A DNA stretch of 62,510 nt, the filler included, from Nitrospinota bacterium (lineage in GTDB: Bacteria > JAUXIQ01), in NCBI GenBank assembly GCA_030620925.1. It is 7 parts of 7 records of this genome, joined end to end, with 100 filler letters (N's around TTAATTAATTAA, not from the genome) between each part and the next. Parts side by side here need not be neighbours in the genome. Positions count along the whole stretch, not along the records: positions 53,037 to 59,117 come from JAUXIQ010000136.1; positions 59,218 to 62,510 come from JAUXIQ010000335.1; 5 more parts are not named here. One strand, given 5' to 3'. Positions 58,563-62,510 of the stretch are shown piece by piece; positions within the stretch are counted from its first letter, which is position 1, and each line of letters starts with the position of its first letter. Under the pieces are notes generated by a model. The model did not search any database. It saw only the letters and a list, made by a program, of their open reading frames with translations, and was not told the origin of the DNA. A program made the translations under genes and the position numbers.

Positions 58563-59117
58563 TCACTCGTTGCCTGTGACCTGTTCTATTCCCTCATCGG
58601 GCAGGTCGGGAATCCGACCGGCCCTCTTCTTCCTCGTCTTTTCCGCCTCGGAATACATGTGATAGTAATTGTAGTTCCAGGAACGGTAGCGCCAATCGGG
58701 GCAGGCGCGGCAGACCTCTATCTCCTCATACCTGCCTTCGAGCAACAGCTTACGCCTGGCCTCCATCTCCGGTCCCTGCCATATTTCCTTTAAAGACTTC
58801 TCCATGATGTTGCCCAGGTCCGTGACCCCTGCGATGTCGTAGCCGCAGAACATCACGTCGCCTCTGGTATCCACGTTTATCCGCTCGAAAGGCCAGGGGC
58901 AGGGAACGCGCTCGGCAAGGTATGGAGTCGGGTCGCCCGACCCCTCTTCGTCAAGTATGTTCCAGGTCAGGTATTTTCTGACGATGACGTTATCCACCAG
59001 CTTATTCCAGTATTCCACGATCTCTTTCAGCCGGTCTTCCACGGCCTTCTGGTTCACCACGCTGACCACCACTTTGGACTCCGATTTGGTTTCGCTCCGG
59101 CGCTTCAGCGTGTAATC
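58563..59117 (-). CDS. Radical SAM protein, C-terminal SPASM/twitch fragment
   Basis: CPWPFERINVDTRGDVMFC, LGNI..KSLKEIW, CRAC; the 5' part is cut off by the contig end. Confidence 0.8.
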   Translation of the reverse strand, partial: DYTLKRRSETKSESKVVVSVVNQKAVEDRLKEIVEYWNKLVDNVIVRKYLTWNILDEEGSGDPTPYLAERVPCPWPFERINVDTRGDVMFCGYDIAGVTDLGNIMEKSLKEIWQGPEMEARRKLLLEGRYEEIEVCRACPDWRYRSWNYNYYHMYSEAEKTRKKRAGRIPDLPDEGIEQVTGNE

Positions 59118-59217
59118 NNNNNNNNNNNNNNNNNNNNNNNNNNNNNNNNNNNNNNNNNNNNTTAATTAATTAANNNNNNNNNNNNNNNNNNNNNNNNNNN
59201 NNNNNNNNNNNNNNNNN
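59118..59217. other. Artificial contig linker
   Basis: N-run + TTAATTAATTAA + N-run. Confidence 0.99.
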
Positions 59218-59443
59218 CCGCGGGGTGGGCCGGGTCTGTCCGGACTTCCGGAATATTGCAGGTGACGGTCTCCTTATGCGCGCCTAACTCTTGCAGAAGG
59301 GAAAATGCCTTCTCCGCTCCGGCCAGGGCCAGATCGCTTTCCGCGTGCTCACTCCGCCAGACGTGGATACGCATCCTCATAGGCCCCACGTCCACGAAGA
59401 CCGAGCCGTCCTCAAGAATACGCGATATCTCCTCAACTCTCAT
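59218..59443 (-). CDS. UPF0280/ApbE-like protein, 5' fragment
   Basis: VFVDVGPMRMRI...A...L.EL N-terminal pattern and its position directly after the Hnr-like gene. Confidence 0.6.
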
Positions 59444-59489
59444 TTACTCTCACCAATGTCCTCTTCTTTCCTATGCCAAATCAACCATA

Positions 59490-61091
59490 TCAGCCCGAGG
59501 TTTTTACCCGTATGGCGTACTGCGACTCGCTGCCGGGCGAGACGTAGACCGGCGGCGGGTCTCGAAGCACCTCCTCCAGCGGCCGGACGGCTTCGGCGTA
59601 TCCGCCGATGTCCACATAGTCGTCCAGCTTCATGGTGAACTCGATGGGAGCGATCATGGCGGGCATGACTCCCATCCAGTGAAAAGCTCCCTCCCGGACC
59701 TTCTCCACGTCCACCAGGATGTCGATCCCCCCTCCGGGGAAGACGAAAGCCCGCGCCCCGCCCACGGTGAGCCTGGCCCGTCTGTCTTTAATGGCCTCGG
59801 TGAGCCTTATGTGGCGTCGTTTGACCACACCCGTGCGAGCGCTGCCTCCCACCCCTGCAAAGAAAAGGGCCGAGACTCTGGCCGGCTCACAGCCAGTCTG
59901 AAGCTCCTCGATGGATTTCATGGCCTCGGGGGTCATATCCGTCTCTTTGAAGCTGTCCCCCTCGAAGCGGTAGAGGGCGAACTTCTCACCGACGCAGTCG
60001 GTGAACAGTATAGTCCAGCCTTCTTTTATATCCGCAGGGTCGTAGCTCTCGATTATCTGCAAGGGGTCTTCGTATATCGTGGCACCGTATCCGACGCCCC
60101 CCTGGTGGGGGAAAGAAATGTGCCCGCAGGCGGCGCGGTGGCGCATCTTTATGCCGGTGATGGATTCCACCTCCCAGGGCGTGTCGCTGGCCGGTTTCCT
60201 GAGGTAACCTGTCAGGTGCTGGTCCATGATGATTACTTCGTCGGCGGCCCCTCTGAAATGTTCGATGTTCAACTGCGTGGCCGCCCCACCACAGCCGATG
60301 CGCCGTCTCTGATCCTGTTCCCCGTCGATGACCGGCTTTTCGCCCACCGCCAGCTCCAGCTTGCCGCCACCCTCGATCTCCAGCTCCACACTCTTGCGGT
60401 TAGCTATGTCCGCGCACAGCCTGGCCACACGCCAGCCCTCGGGATGGGCCAGGGCCCTGACGCCGCCCAGTGAGAGGATTTTGGAGCCGTATTGTTCGGT
60501 GACCACCATGCCCGCGCGTTTACCCCGGTAGAGCACCTTGCTGCCTTCCTCGCCGATGTAGCGGTCGGTGTCTATCTTCACCTGCACCCCGCTGAAGGTG
60601 AACGGTATCTCGGAGACGCAGGTCACCACGTCCACCCCCTCCACCTTATCCTGAACGATGAACGGCGCGGGCGGATTGCGGCTGGTGGTGCAGGCGCCGA
60701 TACCCGTCAGCAGCGGTTTCCGAATGGCGGGGTCGTATTCTTCAGAAACGAGTTCCTCTACCTCGTGGTAGGGGGTGAGCGGGGTGGTGCGCAGCAGTCC
60801 ACCGTCCTGGTTCAGGTATCGCTGGCAGGCTCCCGTCCGCTCCGGCTTTATGGTGCACCGCACCGGACAACTGAAGCACTCCGCGCCGCCCCCCGCCACG
60901 GGTGTGTCTTGAGGCAGGATGGCCTCCACGGGGCATGCCTCGGCGGCCACGCACTGGCGGCAGTCCACGCATTCCTCGGAGATCAAGATTTTCTCGTTCT
61001 CAGCGGCGATAGCGTCCTTGAAACAGTTGGCGATGCATTCGCCGCAGAGAGTGCAAAGTTCCTGGTCGATTATCACCTTAATCCCCCTCAA
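59490..61091 (-). CDS. 6-hydroxynicotinate-reductase (Hnr)-like Fe-S protein with N-terminal 2x[4Fe-4S] domain
   Basis: CxxCxxCxxxC ferredoxin domain; CFSCPVRC.I...RTGACQRY; TGIGACTT, PAPFIV, VKIDTDR, YGS..LSLGGV, GVGGSAR.GV, PGGGI, APIEFTM. Confidence 0.78.
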   Translation of the reverse strand: MRGIKVIIDQELCTLCGECIANCFKDAIAAENEKILISEECVDCRQCVAAEACPVEAILPQDTPVAGGGAECFSCPVRCTIKPERTGACQRYLNQDGGLLRTTPLTPYHEVEELVSEEYDPAIRKPLLTGIGACTTSRNPPAPFIVQDKVEGVDVVTCVSEIPFTFSGVQVKIDTDRYIGEEGSKVLYRGKRAGMVVTEQYGSKILSLGGVRALAHPEGWRVARLCADIANRKSVELEIEGGGKLELAVGEKPVIDGEQDQRRRIGCGGAATQLNIEHFRGAADEVIIMDQHLTGYLRKPASDTPWEVESITGIKMRHRAACGHISFPHQGGVGYGATIYEDPLQIIESYDPADIKEGWTILFTDCVGEKFALYRFEGDSFKETDMTPEAMKSIEELQTGCEPARVSALFFAGVGGSARTGVVKRRHIRLTEAIKDRRARLTVGGARAFVFPGGGIDILVDVEKVREGAFHWMGVMPAMIAPIEFTMKLDDYVDIGGYAEAVRPLEEVLRDPPPVYVSPGSESQYAIRVKTSG

Positions 61092-61350
61092 AGAAAATAA
61101 GCGTTATAGCTGAATACGACCGAGGCCCGAGCTTCACGGCCCGACAGGGCGTTTACTAAAAATCCTGTCCATACGGTCACGGCCACTATATTTATACCAA
61201 ATTTTGCTGAAAGGCTCCTAAAAAAAATGTCTGCGCCGTGCAGAAGAAAAAAGGTGTGCAAAAAGACCGCATACCTGTTAATTTTACCTTTCTAACATAA
61301 AACCGACACAGTTGAAAAGAGACCGTGACCGGTTCTTATCCCTGGTCTGA

Positions 61351-62496
61351 ATGGAGAGGAGCAAAGCCATGCCTTCGGAACGTGAACGGTTCATGGCCGT
61401 GATGAGAGGGGAGCCTGCGGATAGGGTCCCCTGGGTGGCCCGCATGGAGATATGGTATCACGCACGCCGGAACACCGGCACCCTGCCATCCGAGTTCGAA
61501 AACAGCGCCCTTTATGATATCCACCGTCAGATAGGTATGGGCATACTGGGCCGCTACCCGCTTTTCCAGGAAATCTACGATGATACCGTGAACGTCACCA
61601 CCGAAAAAGTGGAGAGCGCCATCATCACCACCTACCATACGCCACTTGGCTCCGTCAGCACAAGGGACGAACTGGCACCCCGCCTGAAAGAGATGGGCGT
61701 GGAATCACCCCTGCGAAAGGAGTTCATGGTCCGGGAAGAGGCCCATTATGACGTAGTGCGCTACATCCTCGAGCATACCGCTTACCAGCCGGACTACGAG
61801 GGTTACCTGGCCTACGACGACAAAATAGGACCTGACGGGGTAACCCTGGCGTTTGTCAACCGCAGTCCCCTTCAGCGGCTGCTCATCGAGATAATGGGGT
61901 ATGAGAAGACCTACTTCGAGATGCAGGACAACCCCGAAAGAGTGGCTCAACTGGTGGAGCTGCTGCGGGAAAAGGGCAGGGAGTCTATTCAGGTCGCCGT
62001 TCAGTCGCCGGCGCCGCTAATCTGGAGCCCCGACAATTTTCATGCCCTCATCACCAGTCCCAGGCTGTTCCGGGAGTACTGCGTGCCCTATTTTCAGGAG
62101 ATTTCCCAGACCGTGCACGAGGCGGGTAAATTCCTTTTCAGCCATGCCGACGGTGAAGTGTTGGGCCTGCTGGAGCCCTTCGTTGAGTCCGGGGTGGACG
62201 TCATAGAAGCCCTGGCCCCCGCTCCTATGACCAGGTGCACCGTGGCCGAAGCGCGCCGGGTCTGCGGAGAGCGGGTCAAGATATGGGGCGGCATCCCGTC
62301 AGCCATGCTGGGGGAGGAATTCAGCGAGGAGAGCTTCAAGGATTTCATCAAGGGGATTTTCAGCGAGGCCGCTCCCGGCGATGGCTTTATACTGGGTGTC
62401 GGTGACAACGTGATGCCTGAATCGGTCTTCGAGCGCGTGCGCCGGGTGCGCGGTTACGTGGATGAGTATGCTGTCTTACCCATTCCGGCCGGCTGA
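61351..62496 (+). CDS. Uroporphyrinogen-decarboxylase/MtaA-CmuA family protein
   Basis: ERFMAVMRGEPADRVP, YHTPLG, SHADG, IWGGIP, FILGVGDNV. Confidence 0.85.
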   Translation: MERSKAMPSERERFMAVMRGEPADRVPWVARMEIWYHARRNTGTLPSEFENSALYDIHRQIGMGILGRYPLFQEIYDDTVNVTTEKVESAIITTYHTPLGSVSTRDELAPRLKEMGVESPLRKEFMVREEAHYDVVRYILEHTAYQPDYEGYLAYDDKIGPDGVTLAFVNRSPLQRLLIEIMGYEKTYFEMQDNPERVAQLVELLREKGRESIQVAVQSPAPLIWSPDNFHALITSPRLFREYCVPYFQEISQTVHEAGKFLFSHADGEVLGLLEPFVESGVDVIEALAPAPMTRCTVAEARRVCGERVKIWGGIPSAMLGEEFSEESFKDFIKGIFSEAAPGDGFILGVGDNVMPESVFERVRRVRGYVDEYAVLPIPAG

Positions 62497-62510
62497 CACG
62501 CGTTCGTCCC

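Noticed and set aside
39371-61091. A single nicotinate-fermentation cluster (CoxMS + amidohydrolase + Hnr-like)
   Set aside because: The genes are on three different contigs, and the amidohydrolase looks prolidase-like rather than clearly an enamidase.

Overview
This window is not one continuous locus. It is seven assembly contigs joined by six artificial 100-nt linkers (N-run + TTAATTAATTAA + N-run), so adjacency across a linker means nothing. The DNA is GC-rich and comes from a Gram-negative, probably anaerobic bacterium (Desulfobacterota/Nitrospinota-like gene order; taxonomy cannot be fixed from this window). Contig 1 (1-16354): housekeeping run dapA'-dapB-FAH-dapL-folK-panB-panC, a ZapB-like/TPR fusion, nadA, and a block of two giant exported TPR proteins followed by exbB-exbD-tonB. 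Contig 2: LivJ-type binding protein, FAD/NAD oxidoreductase, accA, dnaE, guaA, guaB'. Contig 3: acyl-CoA ligase fragment and an RND pump. Contig 4: exported rhodanese, orphan extended PilP, acyl-CoA dehydrogenase-etfBA, a Mo/W-enzyme block (coxM-like with an in-frame TGA, coxS-like, xdhC, tupBC), and two tandem LivJ-type paralogues, one frameshifted. Contig 5: acyl-CoA catabolic genes. Contig 6: amino-sugar/glycan modification cluster. Contig 7: 6-hydroxynicotinate-reductase-like Fe-S protein, a UPF0280 fragment and a UroD/MtaA-family gene. The best candidate for an undescribed system is the TonB-ExbBD module, which has no beta-barrel receptor but whose 1033-aa TPR partner carries a TonB-box-like motif (LPEVVIVG) just after its signal peptide. 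Also notable are two intergenic mosaics of REP-like and nested palindromic elements. All assignments come from reading motifs by eye; no database searches were run.
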